A DNA stretch of 63,957 nucleotides, the filler included, from Pirum gemmata (Eukaryota): NCBI GenBank assembly GCA_002812295.1. It is 20 parts of 20 records of this genome, joined end to end, with 100 filler letters (N's around TTAATTAATTAA, not from the genome) between each part and the next. Parts side by side here need not be neighbours in the genome. Positions count along the whole stretch, not along the records: positions 34,990 to 38,095 come from PDIN01003528.1; positions 38,196 to 41,306 come from PDIN01003529.1; positions 41,407 to 44,481 come from PDIN01003530.1; positions 44,582 to 47,688 come from PDIN01003531.1; positions 47,789 to 50,864 come from PDIN01003532.1; 15 more parts are not named here. One strand, written 5' to 3'. Made by a program: the position numbers and the translations under genes. This document shows positions 36,871 through 50,454 of the stretch, piece after piece. Within the stretch, counting starts at the first letter, position 1. The number at the start of each line of letters is the position of its first letter. Below the pieces are notes generated by a model. That model worked only from the letters and a program-made list of their open reading frames with translations. It did not search any database and was not told where the DNA came from.

Positions 36871-39305
36871 TTTAAAAATTGAATTATACAAATCAAAATT
36901 TAAATCATAAAACCAAGTTCCCTTATCACAATTATGTGCCTTTAAAATCATATTCAACAGATGTATTATACATTTTAAAATATGATTTTACTTCACGAAA
37001 AAAATCATTATCGTTACCTCGCTTTTTAGAACTAAAAATTGCCAAATCCTCAAAAAGTTGCACTAACCCTTCTCTTTATTATCAATTTTTTTTATTAAAA
37101 TTGAATAAAATACATCCATGTTGGCTTCTCGTCCAGATTCCAACAACAACAACCTACACACGTTCACTGCACTAAATTACACTACTGGTACACTACACTA
37201 CGCTACAAATACAAAAACAGTGCAATAGAGTACAATAGCATACAATACAATACAATACAATATTAATTAAAATACAATATTACACTAATACACTTAAACA
37301 CTGTGCGATGGTGATTTTTTTTTTTTTAGGTTTGTAGCCTTGTACCTCTTGAACCCCTTCCACTCGGCACGCGCAATGACATTTTCTTTTTTGCACGTGC
37401 AAAAGGCAGTCAATTTTTCAGCGAACAAAGCTCGAATATAATATATATGATATTACCGATTCAATATAATACATTTTTTATATGCTCGTTTCACATTTTA
37501 ATGCTGCTTCCATATATGAATCCAGCCTTCGGACAGGTAGGATGATCGGGCATTTTGGCTTCGAATAAAAACTCGAAAATGAATATTTTACCGAGTTTTA
37601 ATATAAGTTTTTATATGTTTGAATGACGTTTCAATGCTATTTGCATTATGTAGATCGAGCTTGCGAACAGATCCTTATGTATGTATCCCATATTCTTTAA
37701 TGACACCACTTTTTAAAAAAGCCCTTTTCTAGATCACCATTTTAATGGCTTAGGTTGCAATCTAAAAGCTTGAATTGATAGTCATATGGAGATCTGATGG
37801 TGGGAGGTGATTTATGGTGTTTTGTGAAGTCATCAATAATGAATGTCTAATAATCGAGTTGAAGTGATACTAGTAGCCTGTCGATATCATAATACCAATA
37901 ATACTCTACTATCATTCCGTTTATTTCATTACAATTGTTCTCTCAATCTTTAATTTGGTACTGTTTAAGTGTAAAATTGAACTTGTTTATAAAATAAAAC
38001 ATTAGGTATAAAATACCAAATTAATTAAAACATGCCTGATAGTTTAACCATAATAATAATTTGGTACGTTTATTTCAGTTTTTGAACTGGACACCNNNNN
38101 NNNNNNNNNNNNNNNNNNNNNNNNNNNNNNNNNNNNNNNTTAATTAATTAANNNNNNNNNNNNNNNNNNNNNNNNNNNNNNNNNNNNNNNNNNNNAATAA
38201 TAATAATAATATATTATATATTACTATAACACTATAAACAGTAGTAGTATTATTATAATATATATATTAATAGTAGCAGGGAGTTAGTATATATAATAAT
38301 AGTAGTAGCTAGTTAGTGTGTATGTACATATAACGTTAACAGTAGCAGAAGTGCATGATTATGATAATATTAATATTATTAATTATTATTATCATTAATC
38401 AAATGTTATTAATTAATATTATTATTATATATTATTATTATATAGACTCATTGTGCTTATCCTGTTAGTTCTAGACATAGTAGTTGTTAGTTTTAGCCCT
38501 CTAAATTAGCAAAAGAGGCCTTCAGATGGGCTTCCAGTTTCTCTTTCTCTTTCCTAATGGTAACGAGCTGAATATTCGGATCGAAGGGTTTACGCAATCT
38601 GCTACATTATTTATAATTATTATTATTATTTATAAAATTGAAAGTGTTTCGCGAGAGTTGCTCGAAAGTATTTAGCGAGGCTTGATCGGTTATAATTTTT
38701 AGCGAGACTTATGATTTTGTTGTTTCAATACCGGTATAAGGTGTTTTTATTACCAAATATGGTGACAGTCGAAGAACAGGAATCAAACTGGACTTTATTT
38801 GAAAACTTAACTACCAATTTTGGTATTATTTTAAAATAATAGACCTAGCTAATTAGACCTACCATTAAAATAAACACCCAGTTACCCCTAGCCAGCTTAC
38901 CCCACTACTAGGCCCCCAGCTGATGGTAGAAGTACCAGTAGACTAGACCTAGCTAGTACCCTAGCTAGTCTACTAGTCTACTACAGCTAGTAGACTAGTC
39001 TACCGAGCTAGCTAGTAGATACAGTGCTTTTGAAATATACAATAAATAATACCAAATTAATATAATATAAATCCATTTAATTTAATTTGGTATATTTTAT
39101 TATATATTTATTTATTTAAAAGTATCAATGTAAATATTATAAACAACCAAATAAATATTCGGAGTGACACATATCATACCACATGGTAGCTATCATCTAG
39201 CTAGCCTAGCTAGCTAGCTAGCTAGAGCCAATGATGGGATAGCTACTGTAGCTAGAGCATTTTTAGAACTATTTTTAGTACATTTTTTTTTTTAACTATC
39301 ATAGA

Positions 39306-39860
39306 CTACCAAGCCAGCGACACATATGAGCTCAAAAATCCAAAAAATCTCAAAATGATGCAATTTTAATAATAGTACTACCAAAATTTGAGAAATTGTC
39401 TAACTAAAGAAACTCTATTATGAACCAATGATTAGTTTTTAAAAATAATTTGGCTAGTTGTTATCAAAAGTTTTTAGAAAAGAAGTCTAAAAAATATATA
39501 TATTTCTACAGTTTTATCCGACCTGGCTGTTTTTTTTTTTATGATAAAATTTTTTTTTAAAAATTTTATTCTCTGTTTTTTTTTAAAAAATTCTTGCATC
39601 ATTTTTATTATTATTATTTTTTAAAAAACTACCAAGCCAGATAAAAATAGCGACATCCGCCATATGAGCTCAAAAATCCAAAAAATTTCAAAATGATCCA
39701 ATTTAAATGAAAGTACTACCAAATTTTGAGAAATTATTCAACTAAAAAAACTCTATTATGAACCAATGGCTATTTTTTAAAAAAATATTGGCTAGTTAAA
39801 AAAAGAAGTCTAAAAATGATTTCTACAGTTTTATAGTAGTTTTATCCGGCTTGGCTGTTA
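39306..39860. mobile_element. MITE family E, two tandem ~230-bp copies (39306-39530 and 39628-39860)
   Basis: The second copy has inverted ends CCAAGCCAGATAAAA ... TTTTATCCGGCTTGG. Further copies lie on the - strand at about 44760-44935 and 50215-50420. Confidence 0.75.
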
Positions 39861-40153
39861 AAAAATAGAACAAGGACTTTTATCATACTTGCTACTCCTA
39901 CTAGCTAGCTACTAGCTAGCTATTGATAGATGGTAGATTAGATGTTCATGTTGTGTCATAGTAGTAGCTAAATATAGATGTTCCTTTTAAAAAAAAATTC
40001 CTTTTTATGTAAAAATGACGAAAAAAACTAATAAAAGTTAACTAAAAAAGCAAAATTTTCGATTATTTCGACTTTCTTAAGCAACAAATTAGAAGTTTTG
40101 ATTACCATAAACAGCTATATTAAAATTTTAGATACCCATTTATTCTAACTAAG

Positions 40154-40572
40154 GGAGCGTAACGCCAATTTCCGGTCAAATACAGCTTCAAATACCCCTA
40201 CCTACCTACCCCTTGACGTTAATTACCAGTCAAATACCGCCTACCTACCTACCCCTTGACGTGACGTATGAACGCTCCCCTACAAGCTACTAGCTAGCTA
40301 GCAAGGGAGAGAACTGGTCTACCCTACCCAGCTAGCTAGCGGCCCCTAGCTAGCCCTACCCATCATCTACCACCGGGTTTCTCGCTCTAGTCTAGCTAGT
40401 TAGGCTTTCTCAATAGCTCTAGCTCTAGCTAGCTAGCTAGAAGTAGGGGAGCGTTCAAATAATACGTCACGTCAAAGGGTAGGTAGGTAGGCGGTATTTG
40501 ACCGGAAATTAACGTCAATGGGTAGGTAGGTAGGGGTATTTGAAGCTGTATTTGACCAGAAATTGGCGTTAC
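40154..40572. mobile_element. Two inverted copies of MITE family C (GGGAGCGT...ACGCTCCC), PIF/Harbinger-like ends
   Basis: 40154-40280 and 40445-40572 are reverse complements. The first copy reads TAA-GGGAGCGT...ACGCTCCC. Other copies lie at about 33830-33918, 50965-51008 and 53595-53700. Confidence 0.8.
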
Positions 40573-40796
40573 ATGTTGGTGGGTGTGTTTTTCATAGTGT
40601 GTTNTTTTTTTTGTTTTTTTTTTTTTTTTTTTGATTTTTGATTTTTGATTTTTTGATTTTGATTTTCTTTTGGGATTTTTTGAAATGTCATATAAAAAAA
40701 CTTTTTTGAAGTTCAGTTTTTTGTCTCATTTTAATTAATTTTATTTTATTTTATTTCATTTTGTTTTGTTTATTTATTGTTATTATTATTTAAATC

Positions 40797-40932
40797 ATGT
40801 GTGGTATATTAGCAGTTCTAAACGATCATGCTGACGAACAAGTAACTCGTCAAAATGCTTTAAAAAATTCTAAAAGATTAAGACACAGAGGACCTGATTG
40901 GTCTGGCATTCATGTACAGCATACACCTAAAG
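40797..40932 (+). CDS. ASNS: Asparagine synthetase (glutamine-hydrolysing), exon 1
   Basis: MCGILAV...SKRLRHRGPDWSG is the class II glutamine amidotransferase N-terminus of AsnB/ASNS. Donor AAAG|GTTTGT at 40932/40933. Confidence 0.92.
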
Positions 40933-41006
40933 GTTTGTTGTTTTTGATTTTGTTTTCGTTGTTGTTTTCGTTGTTGTTTTCGTCGTTGTTATTGGTATTG
41001 GTATTG

Positions 41007-41051
<45 letters not shown>

Positions 41052-41406
41052 TATTATTGTTGTTGTTGTTGGTTATTATTATTATTATTATTATTCTTAT
41101 TTTTATTATCTTAATTATTGTAAGTTAGTTTTTGATAATTCGGGTATATGTTTTCTCTTTGACTATAATATTTACTCACTGTTAGTTATGTTTTTGTTTT
41201 TTTGGTTCGTAAGCTTATTTTGGCTTTTGATATTATTTCAATTATCATGGGTACTGTGTTAATTTATAAATACTGTTCTACTTTCAAATTAAAAACGAGT
41301 AATAAANNNNNNNNNNNNNNNNNNNNNNNNNNNNNNNNNNNNNNNNNNNNTTAATTAATTAANNNNNNNNNNNNNNNNNNNNNNNNNNNNNNNNNNNNNN
41401 NNNNNN

Positions 41407-41989
41407 TTCAGATTCAGATTCTGATTCTTCAGATAGTGAAGATGAGAAAAAAGAAGAAATGGAGGTTGAAAAAGAAAATAAAGTGGAAGAAAATAAAAAG
41501 GAAAAAGAAAGTGATAATAGTGATTCTGATTCTAGCTCGTCAGATTCGGATTCTAGCTCTTCTGATTCTGATTCCGATTCTTCAGATAGTGAAGATGAGA
41601 AAGAAGAAACAATGGTTGTCGAAAAAGATAATAAAGGAGAGGAAAAGAAAGAGGAAGAAAAGAAAGAAGAAAAAGAAAGTGATAGCAGCTCTTCTGATTC
41701 TAGCTCGTCAGATTCAGATTCCAGCTCTTCAGATTCAGATTCTGATTCTTCAGATAGTGAAGATGAGAAAAAAGAAGAAATGGAGGTTGAAAAAGAAAAT
41801 AAAAAGGAAGAAAAGAAAGAGGAAAAAGAAAGCAACAACAGCTCTTCTGATTCTAGCTCGTCAGATTCTGATTCTAGCTCTTCAGATTCCGATTCCAGCT
41901 CTTCTGATTCTGATTCTGATTCTTCAGATAGTGAAGATGAAAAAGAAGAAGCAAAGGTTGTAGAAAAAGATAACGAAAAGAAAGAAGAA

Positions 41990-42023
<34 letters not shown>

Positions 42024-43342
42024 AGGGAAAAGAAAGTGATAGCAGCGATTCCGATTCTAGCTCATCAGATTCTGATTCCAGCTCTTCTGATTCTGATTCC
42101 GATTCTTCAGATAGTGAAGATGAGAAAGAAGAAGAAATCGTTGCAGAAAAAGATAATGAAAAGAAAGAAGAAAAGAAAGAGGAAAAAGAAAATGATAGCA
42201 GCGATTCCGATTCTAGCTCGTCAGATTCTGATTCCAGCTCTTCTGATTCTGATTCTGATTCTTCAGATAGTGAAGATGAGAAAAAAGAAGAAATGGTTGT
42301 GGAAAAAGATAACGAAAAGAAAGAAGAAGAAAAGAAAGAGGAAAAAGAAAGTGATAGCAGCGATTCCGATTCTAGCTCGTCAGATTCTGATTCCAGCTCT
42401 TCTGATTCTGATTCTGGCTCTTCGGATTCCGATTCTGATTCTTCAGATAGTGAAGATGAGAAAGAAGAAACAATGGTTGCGGAAAAGGATGAGAAAAAAG
42501 AAGAAGAAAAGAAAGAAGAAAAAGAAAGTGACAGCAGCTCTTCTGATTCCAGCTCCTCAGATTCTGATTCCAGCTCGTCTGATTCTGATTCTGATTCTTC
42601 AGATAGTGAAGATGAAAAAGAAGAAACAATGGTTGTGGAAAAAGATAGCGAAAAGAAAGAAGAGGAAAAGAAAGAAGAAAAAGAAAGTGATAGCAGCGAT
42701 TCTGATTCTAGCTCTTCAGATTCTGATTCTAGCTCTTCAGATTCAGATTCTGATTCTTCAGATAGTGAAGATGAGAAAGAAGAAGCAATGGTTGTTGAAA
42801 AAGATAATAAAGGAGAGGAAAAGAAAGAGGAAGAAAAGAAAGAGGAAGAAAAGAAAGAGGAAGAAAGCGATAGTAGCTCTTCTGATTCTAGCTCGTCAGA
42901 TTCAGATTCCAGCTCTTCTGATTCTGATTCTTCAGATGATGAAGATGAGAAAAAAGAAGAAACCGTCGTTGTCGAAAAAGATAATAAAGGAGAGGAAAAG
43001 AAAGAGAAAGAAGATTCATCCAGCTCAGATTCGAGTTCTTCAGATTCAGATTCGAGTTCGAGTTCGAGTTCGTCAGATTCCGATTCTGATTCTTCAGATG
43101 ACGAGGAAGTTGGCGATGAAAAAGAAATAGTAACAGTGAATGTAGAAGAAAAGAAAAATGACAGTTCAAGTTCATCAGATTCCGATTCGAGTTCTTCAGA
43201 TTCCGATTCGAGTTCTTCAGATTCCGATTCAAGCTCTTCTGATTCAGAGTCTGATCGTGAAGATAGTAAGGATGAAAACAAAGTGAAATTGGTGGTTAAT
43301 AGTTCATCATCATCATCATCATCGTCATCGTCATCATCATCG

Positions 43343-43407
<65 letters not shown>

Positions 43408-43929
43408 TTCCAGTTCCAGTTCTTCGAGCTCTGATTCTGATTCTTCGAGCTCTGATTCTGATTCTTCAAGCTCTGATTCCGATTCTTCAAGCTCAGATTC
43501 TGATTCTGATGACGAAGGGGAAGTCAAATCACTTAAACGTACCGCGGAAGATGTAAATGAATTAGAAGAATCTAGTACAAAGAAATCGAAAGAAACAGAA
43601 GATAATAGCAGTAATGATGATAAACCAACAAAACGAAAAGCTAATGATGAGGATGTTAAAAGTAGTAAAGTTATGAAGCAGGATGACAGTAGTAGTAGTA
43701 GTAGTAGCGATAGTAGTGATAGTAGTGATAGTAGTGATAGTAGTGATAGTAGTGATAGTAGTGATAGTAGTGATAGTGATAGTGATAGTGATGACGAGGA
43801 GGATGCAAAAGAAGAAATAAACAAAGAAGAGAACATAATAAAGCCTGTGGATAGCAAGAACGAAAAAGATTCCGATTCTGATTCCGATTCTTCCAGCTCA
43901 GATTCTGATTCTTCGAGCTCAGATTCGTC

Positions 43930-43960
<31 letters not shown>

Positions 43961-44056
43961 AAGGTGAAAGTGGAAACTATAAAATCGACCGCTGACTCTG
44001 ATTCTGACTCTAGTAGTAGTTCAAGTAGTAGTGATGATAGTAGTGATGATGATAAG
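41407..44056 (+). CDS. Internal exon of an S/D/E/K tandem-repeat phosphoprotein (Nopp140/SRP40-like composition)
   Basis: Open frame of more than 2.6 kb, with 50-65-aa units alternating SDSSSSDSD and EKKEE blocks. Synonymous variation between units supports coding. Probable donor AAG|GTAATT at 44056/44057. Confidence 0.8.
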
Positions 44057-44581
44057 GTAATTGATAATTAATTGTTTATTTATTTAATTGTTATTTTAAT
44101 TATTATTTATTGTTATTTTTTTGATTATTATATATTAATCTATTTATTTGTTATCGATTGTTATTACATTATATTGTTTGTTATCATAAGGTTTGTTATA
44201 TTTTTTGTTATTATATTGTTTGTTTTTTATTTATTTATTTGGTTTTTTTGTTGTTGTTTTGTTATTATTATTTTCCATTTTCCATTATTATTATTATTAT
44301 TATTATAATAAATTATTATTTTGTTTTTTATTTATTTATTGGGGGATTGTTTTATTATTTTATTATTGTGATATATTATCATTATTACGATATTTATTAT
44401 TTATTATTACTATTTAATTGATTGACTATTGTTCACTAACTGTAACACTTGAAACAACAACAACAACAACAACAACAACAANNNNNNNNNNNNNNNNNNN
44501 NNNNNNNNNNNNNNNNNNNNNNNNNTTAATTAATTAANNNNNNNNNNNNNNNNNNNNNNNNNNNNNNNNNNNNNNNNNNNN

Positions 44582-45791
44582 AACTTGAAACTAGAAAGAA
44601 AAAGAATATCATTTCAAAATTGTCATTATTTAATAATTAGGATCGAGCTGTTTGATTCGATTATGTTTCTCGTATCTTCCTGTAATTTTTTCACTTGGTT
44701 TTGTAGTAGGTTTTTTCAAAATTTCAAAAATAAAAATTTAAAAAATCTGAAATCTTTTTTTTTAAGACTTTTTTCCTAAAAACCTTTAATTATAACTAGT
44801 CAAATTATTTTTAAAACAAGGCATTGGTTCATAATAGAGTTTTCTTAGTTAGACGCTTTCTCAAAATTTGATAGTACTTTCATAAAAATTGGATCATTAT
44901 GAGATTTTTTTGATTTTTGATTTTTATTCGGCTTGTAATTAAAAAACAAAACAAAAACAAAAACAAAAGCAAAAACAAAAACAAAAACAAAAACAAAAAA
45001 ACAAAACAAAAAAACAAAACAAAGTTCGATTCGATTATTGAAAATATCACTGACTGAAAGGGTTACCTTCAAGGAGATGCGGGAAAAACTATCGAATCGA
45101 GACTAATTCGACACTTTCGAAACTTTTCGATCTAATTTTAAGTATTGATCCACTTTTGATTTCATTAAAAAATTCTTAAAAATTCTTAAAAATTCTTAGA
45201 AATTTCATAGAAAAAACTTGAAACTCCAAAAAAAAGAGTATCAGTTCAAAACTGTCACTATTTAAGGATTAGGATCGAGCTGTTTGAATTGATCATATTT
45301 TCCCGTATTTCGCAACTTACAGAGAAGAGGAGAGCAGAACAATTTAGTTGCCTTAAACTCATAGTAGTTGACGGATTTTATTATTATAAATGAATATTTA
45401 AACAACAACGCTCAGGTATGCGTTTTTTTTTTAAATATAATTTTTTGGATTCATCACAAAAAAAAAAAATCGATCAGCAGAAATCGAGCCTTAGAGACGA
45501 ATCAAGACTAGTTCGAAACTTTCGATGTTTTTCGATCAAATTTTAAGTATTGACTCACTTTTGATTTCATTAAAAATTCTTAGAAATTTCATAGAAAAAA
45601 CTTGAAACTAGAAAGAAAAAGAATATCATTTCAAAATTGTCATTATTTAATAATTAGGATCGAGCTGTTTGATTCGATTATGTTTCTCGTATCTTCCTGT
45701 AATTTTTTCACTTGGTTTTGTAGTAGGTTTTTTCAAAATTTCAAAAATAAAAATTTAAAAAATCTGAAATCTTTTTTTTTAAGACTTTTTN

Positions 45792-45832
<41 letters not shown>

Positions 45833-46340
45833 CAATTAATCGAAACCCAAATTTTTTTATAAAATGAAACCGATTGTTCAAGCTTTATAGTTTATCGAAC
45901 CGAGTTCTGAGCTAATGAAGCTTTATATTAAGTATAATGTTATTTATGTATACAAAATCGTAATGATTGAAATTAACAATATATTAAAAGTTATTAAGTT
46001 TATTTAAGTTTATTTTTTAAAATTAACGAGGTTGTTTGTTTCAGGTATTTAATAATTACTGTCATTTCCCGTATGCTTTTTCACCACTTTTTTTTGCTGG
46101 TTCATACATCAATTTTTTTAGGGATTATAGATCAGGGAGATACAGGAAAACATAATTGATCAATATCCAACAGCTCGATCCTAATTATTAAATAGTGACA
46201 ATTTATGATATTCTTTTTTTTTTCGAGTTTCTATGATTTTTGATGAAATCGAAAAGTGAGTTAATACTTAAAACTAGATTGAAAAATTTCGAAAAAATTT
46301 CGAACTAATCTCAATTCGATGGTTTTTCCCGAATCTCCCA
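44582..46340. repeat. Cluster of a ~200-300 bp repeat family (AACTTGAAACT...AATTAGGATCGAGCTGTTTG)
   Basis: Copies at about 44582, 45100-45300, 45500-45790 and an inverted copy at 46140-46340. Confidence 0.8.
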
Positions 46341-46635
46341 GCTTTTTTTGTTGTCCAGTTCAAAAACTGAAATAAAAGTACTAAATTATTATTATGGTTA
46401 AACTATCAGACATGTTTTAATTAATTTGGTATGCTATATTTAATGTTGTAGTTCAATTATACACTTTAACAGTACCAAATTAAAGATGGAGAAGACAACT
46501 GTAACGAAATAGACGATAACCAACTCCTTCCAGAGTATTCATAACATCACATCGACTATATAACAATGCCCAAATCCCACCTTGGGCTTTTGTTCTTTTT
46601 AACTAACACTCTCTACTTATCTTTCGAAATAGTAT

Positions 46636-47445
46636 GGCGTCATCACCTCATCTCGAATACTTGAGTTGTGACATTTATCATTTTTTTTTTTTTTTTTTTT
46701 GTTTTTTTTGAAAATCGAAAATTTAAAAAAACTTTGATTAAGCAATAAGCAAAAGCCGAAAATTTAATAAACCTGAAAACCCGATTTTTATTCTTTTTTT
46801 TATTAATATTTCTCTCTCCCTTTCTCTCCCTTTCTCTCTCTTTTCTATTAATCTCTTTCTCTACGTACTTTTTACAACATGTAGCATAACAACAGTAATA
46901 ATAATGATAATAATAATAATTATAATAATTATATGGGATAAAGGTCGTTTTCATTTTTGGTTTGTTTACGAGGTCTAAGTATGAGGAAACGCGAATGACG
47001 TCATAATAATACTTAACTTCCAATAGTATGACGTCATCACCTCATCTTGAACTCGAAACCCACCTCGAATACTCGAGTTGTCACATTTATCACTTTTTTT
47101 TTTTTTTTTTTGTTTAATCGAAAATTGAAAATTTAAAAAAACTTTGATTAAGCAAAAGCCGAAAATTTAATAAACCTGAAAATCCGATTCTTATTCTTTT
47201 TTTTTATTATCCAAAACCAAAAATTTAAAAGCCCCGAAACAGATTTCTCTCTGTCTCTCTCTCTCTTTCTCTCTTTTCTATTAATCTCTTTCTCTACTTA
47301 CTTTTCACAACATGTAGCATAACAACAGTAATAATAATACTAATAATTACTATTATAATAATTATATGAGATAAATGTCGTTTTCATTTTTGGTTTGTTT
47401 ACGAGGTCTAAGTATGAGGGAAACGCGGATGACGTCATAATAATA
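46636..47445. repeat. Tandem duplication of a ~400-bp unit
   Basis: CGTCATCACCTCATCT...GTTGT(G/C)ACATTTATCA...GAGGTCTAAGTATGAGG...ATGACGTCATAATAATA occurs twice. Confidence 0.85.
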
Positions 47446-48063
47446 TTTTAGTAAATTGTTGGTTATCATTTATTATTTATCATTTATTTTACTTATTACT
47501 TGTTGTTTATTATTTATTTTCATTATTTATTATTTATTATTTATTATTTATTATTTATTATTTATTATTTATTTATTTTTTTTTATTTTTTATTTTTTAT
47601 TTATTATTTATTATTGAGAGTGGTCGTGAAGTATTATATTATTTCAAATATAGTAATATAATTATAAAAAATATTTTTCAAATTTCCTNNNNNNNNNNNN
47701 NNNNNNNNNNNNNNNNNNNNNNNNNNNNNNNNTTAATTAATTAANNNNNNNNNNNNNNNNNNNNNNNNNNNNNNNNNNNNNNNNNNNNACAATAAACAAT
47801 AAATAATAAACAATAAACAATAAAAAATAGAAAATAAAAAAATAAAAAGAAAAAAAAGAAAAAAAAATCAAATAATACTCGTCTTTCTTTCTTTTGATTT
47901 TAGTGCATTTTATTATTATAAAAAATTGTAGACAAGATAGCAAGAAAAACAAAAAACTAGACAATTTTTTTTGAAAGTTTTCATATTAATAATATTATAA
48001 TAATATATGATTATAATATAGAAAGATTTCGATAATCGAATATAAATATATTATATCTATAAA

Positions 48064-48828
48064 ATGTTAGCGCAAGCAAATACACCTGTTAATGCTGTAA
48101 GATCCCAATCCTTGTTTAGAAGTACATCAACAAATAAAGCAACAACGGAATTGAGTAAACACAATTCAGTTGGATCGCTAAACTCTTTAAAACGTATAAA
48201 CACAACAAATACAATGGCTTCAACGTTAACACAACGGCAAAGTGGAAGTGCTTATAAACCAACAGGATTAAAACGACATAATACAATCGGAACCAGTTTT
48301 CATAAACCACAATTAGTGAAGCATAATTCGCGTTGTACGCTAATCTCAGATAAAAAACCTGCCATGGAAATTGCATTGTTGGATGAGGTTTTATTGGAAG
48401 AAAATACAAAAGAAAACGAAAACAGTAACCAGAAGCAGGACAACGAAGATTCAGAAGACGAAAAAATAAAAGAAATAGAGTTAGATTTAAAATTCAAAGT
48501 CAGAATGAAAATGAGACGCTTGAAGGAAAAACTTAAAGGACTATGTGATGATTCATCAGATGAAGAACAACAGGAAATTTTTAAAGACACTCGTAGGTAC
48601 GTTACTGGTTCAACTAATAATAACCACGACCGTGCAGTAGTAGAGATCATAAATGCAGTAATCTCAGCAAAACAAGGGATGTCTGAAAATGAATATACAA
48701 TATACGAAGGTAAAATGATGGTAATGGTAAAGCAATTACAACAAGAAATAAAAGATTTAGAGTCCCAGAACTCCATGTTTGCCAATAGCGGAAGATCAAG
48801 CCGCTATGGCTCAATTTATAATGAATAA
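48064..48828 (+). CDS. Hypothetical 254-aa protein with repeated (K/R)HN(S/T) motifs and a C-terminal coiled coil
   Basis: Clean ATG (AAAATG context) to TAA with coding-like composition between AT-rich flanks. No family recognised. Confidence 0.75.
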   Translation: MLAQANTPVNAVRSQSLFRSTSTNKATTELSKHNSVGSLNSLKRINTTNTMASTLTQRQSGSAYKPTGLKRHNTIGTSFHKPQLVKHNSRCTLISDKKPAMEIALLDEVLLEENTKENENSNQKQDNEDSEDEKIKEIELDLKFKVRMKMRRLKEKLKGLCDDSSDEEQQEIFKDTRRYVTGSTNNNHDRAVVEIINAVISAKQGMSENEYTIYEGKMMVMVKQLQQEIKDLESQNSMFANSGRSSRYGSIYNE

Positions 48829-49305
48829 TTTTTATTTTTATTAGTCTGGTACAGTAATAGTATTTTTAATTAATAGTACTAGCCCTTTTCTTTCTGCCAA
48901 CTTTAACAACATTTTTTGCGTATAGGAAAATGATATCCTTTATGTGATTAGTTTGTGATTGAAAATTTTTATTGCTGTCAAAATAATATTATTATGTATT
49001 GCTTTTTTTGTTATTGTATTGCTGCTAATTAAAAAGTATTTTAAAACGTCCCAAAATTGTTATTCCTGTTCTCTTGTTGTTCGTAGTTCATCGAGGCTAA
49101 CAAGCTTTTTCATTATTATAACGTCCTTGAATGTATTTTTAAAACAACAACAACAACAATAATAATAATAATAATAAAATAATAATAATAATAAAATAAT
49201 AATAATAATAATAAAAATTAATAATAATTAAAATAATAATTAATAATAATTAAAATAATAATTACTAAGAATAATTAAAATAATAATTAATAATAATAAT
49301 TAATT

Positions 49306-49352
<47 letters not shown>

Positions 49353-50418
49353 TAATAACAATAATAAATATAATAATAATGTTAATAATAATGAGAATAA
49401 GAATAATAAGAATAATAATGAGAATAATGAGAATAAAAATGATAATATAAGAATAGTAATAATGATGATAAGAATAAGAGTAAAATGAAAAAGTTAAAAC
49501 CATTATGCTCTCTTCAAAACAAATGGTATCAAATTTAATTTTAAAGTACATTTTTATCTTTTACTATAATATTGTCATAATATTATTAATTATGACATTA
49601 TATATTACATATAATAACAATTGCTATTATCAATTTTTTTTGCAATAGAACCAAGTACTTTGAAGTTCTTGATATTATGTTTATTTATATGATAAATGTA
49701 TCCAATAGTCTACGATAGACCTTAAATCAACTTTTATTAAGCCTGTACGTATCATATAGTTTGTTAGTAGATATCGTAGGTAGAGGTACCATTTTTTACT
49801 TATCTACACTCTTTCTATTTAAAAACGCTAACAGATTAATAATCACTTTTCAAGTTTCCATTCTTTTCCATTGACCAACAGTTTCCAGTAGAAGACCCGA
49901 TAATTTTGTCAAATTTTTGGGCCTGAGAACTCCTGATAGCTGCCTGACAATTTATAAATAATACATTTACGATAATATTCAGCAATAAATAATATTAGTA
50001 TTATATTATACAGTATTATTATGAAAAAGAATACTTGGATGTGTATAAAACACTATAAAACTGAATAACAATTAAAATGGAGTGGGAAAAAAAATGCATG
50101 ATATCATTATCAATATTCTCATGTAGACTAAATAAGCTAATAGTCTAAATATCGATAGTAATAGTACAATACTATAGTAATAGTGTCTAATATTATTCAA
50201 TCGGCATTTTTTTTTTAGACTTCTTTTCTAAAAACCTTTAATGCTAACTAGCCAAATTATGTTTAAAAACTAGCAATTGGTTCATAATAGAGTTTCTTAG
50301 TTAGACTATTTCTTACAATTTGGTAGCACTTTCATTAAAAATTAGATCATTTTTTTGATTTTTTGGATTTTTGAGTTCATACGGAGGATGTCGACTGGAT
50401 GTCGCCATTTTTATCCAA

Positions 50419-50454
<36 letters not shown>

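Noticed and set aside
37350..37850. Higher-complexity stretch that might be a coding or transposon relic
   Set aside because: The frames I read contain stops and no motif I can recognise. There is not enough support without a search.
40933..41114. Hydrophobic C-terminal extension of the asparagine synthetase ORF (apparent TM)
   Set aside because: This is read-through into a microsatellite-rich intron after the GT donor at 40933. The same applies to the poly-Ile tail of the ankyrin ORF and the poly-Val/Ile start of the cyclin ORF.
41359..43857. 832-aa minus-strand ORF and the alternative-frame ORFs over the repeat protein
   Set aside because: These are antisense or off-frame shadows of a repetitive coding sequence. 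The + frame shows the synonymous variation and a splice donor.
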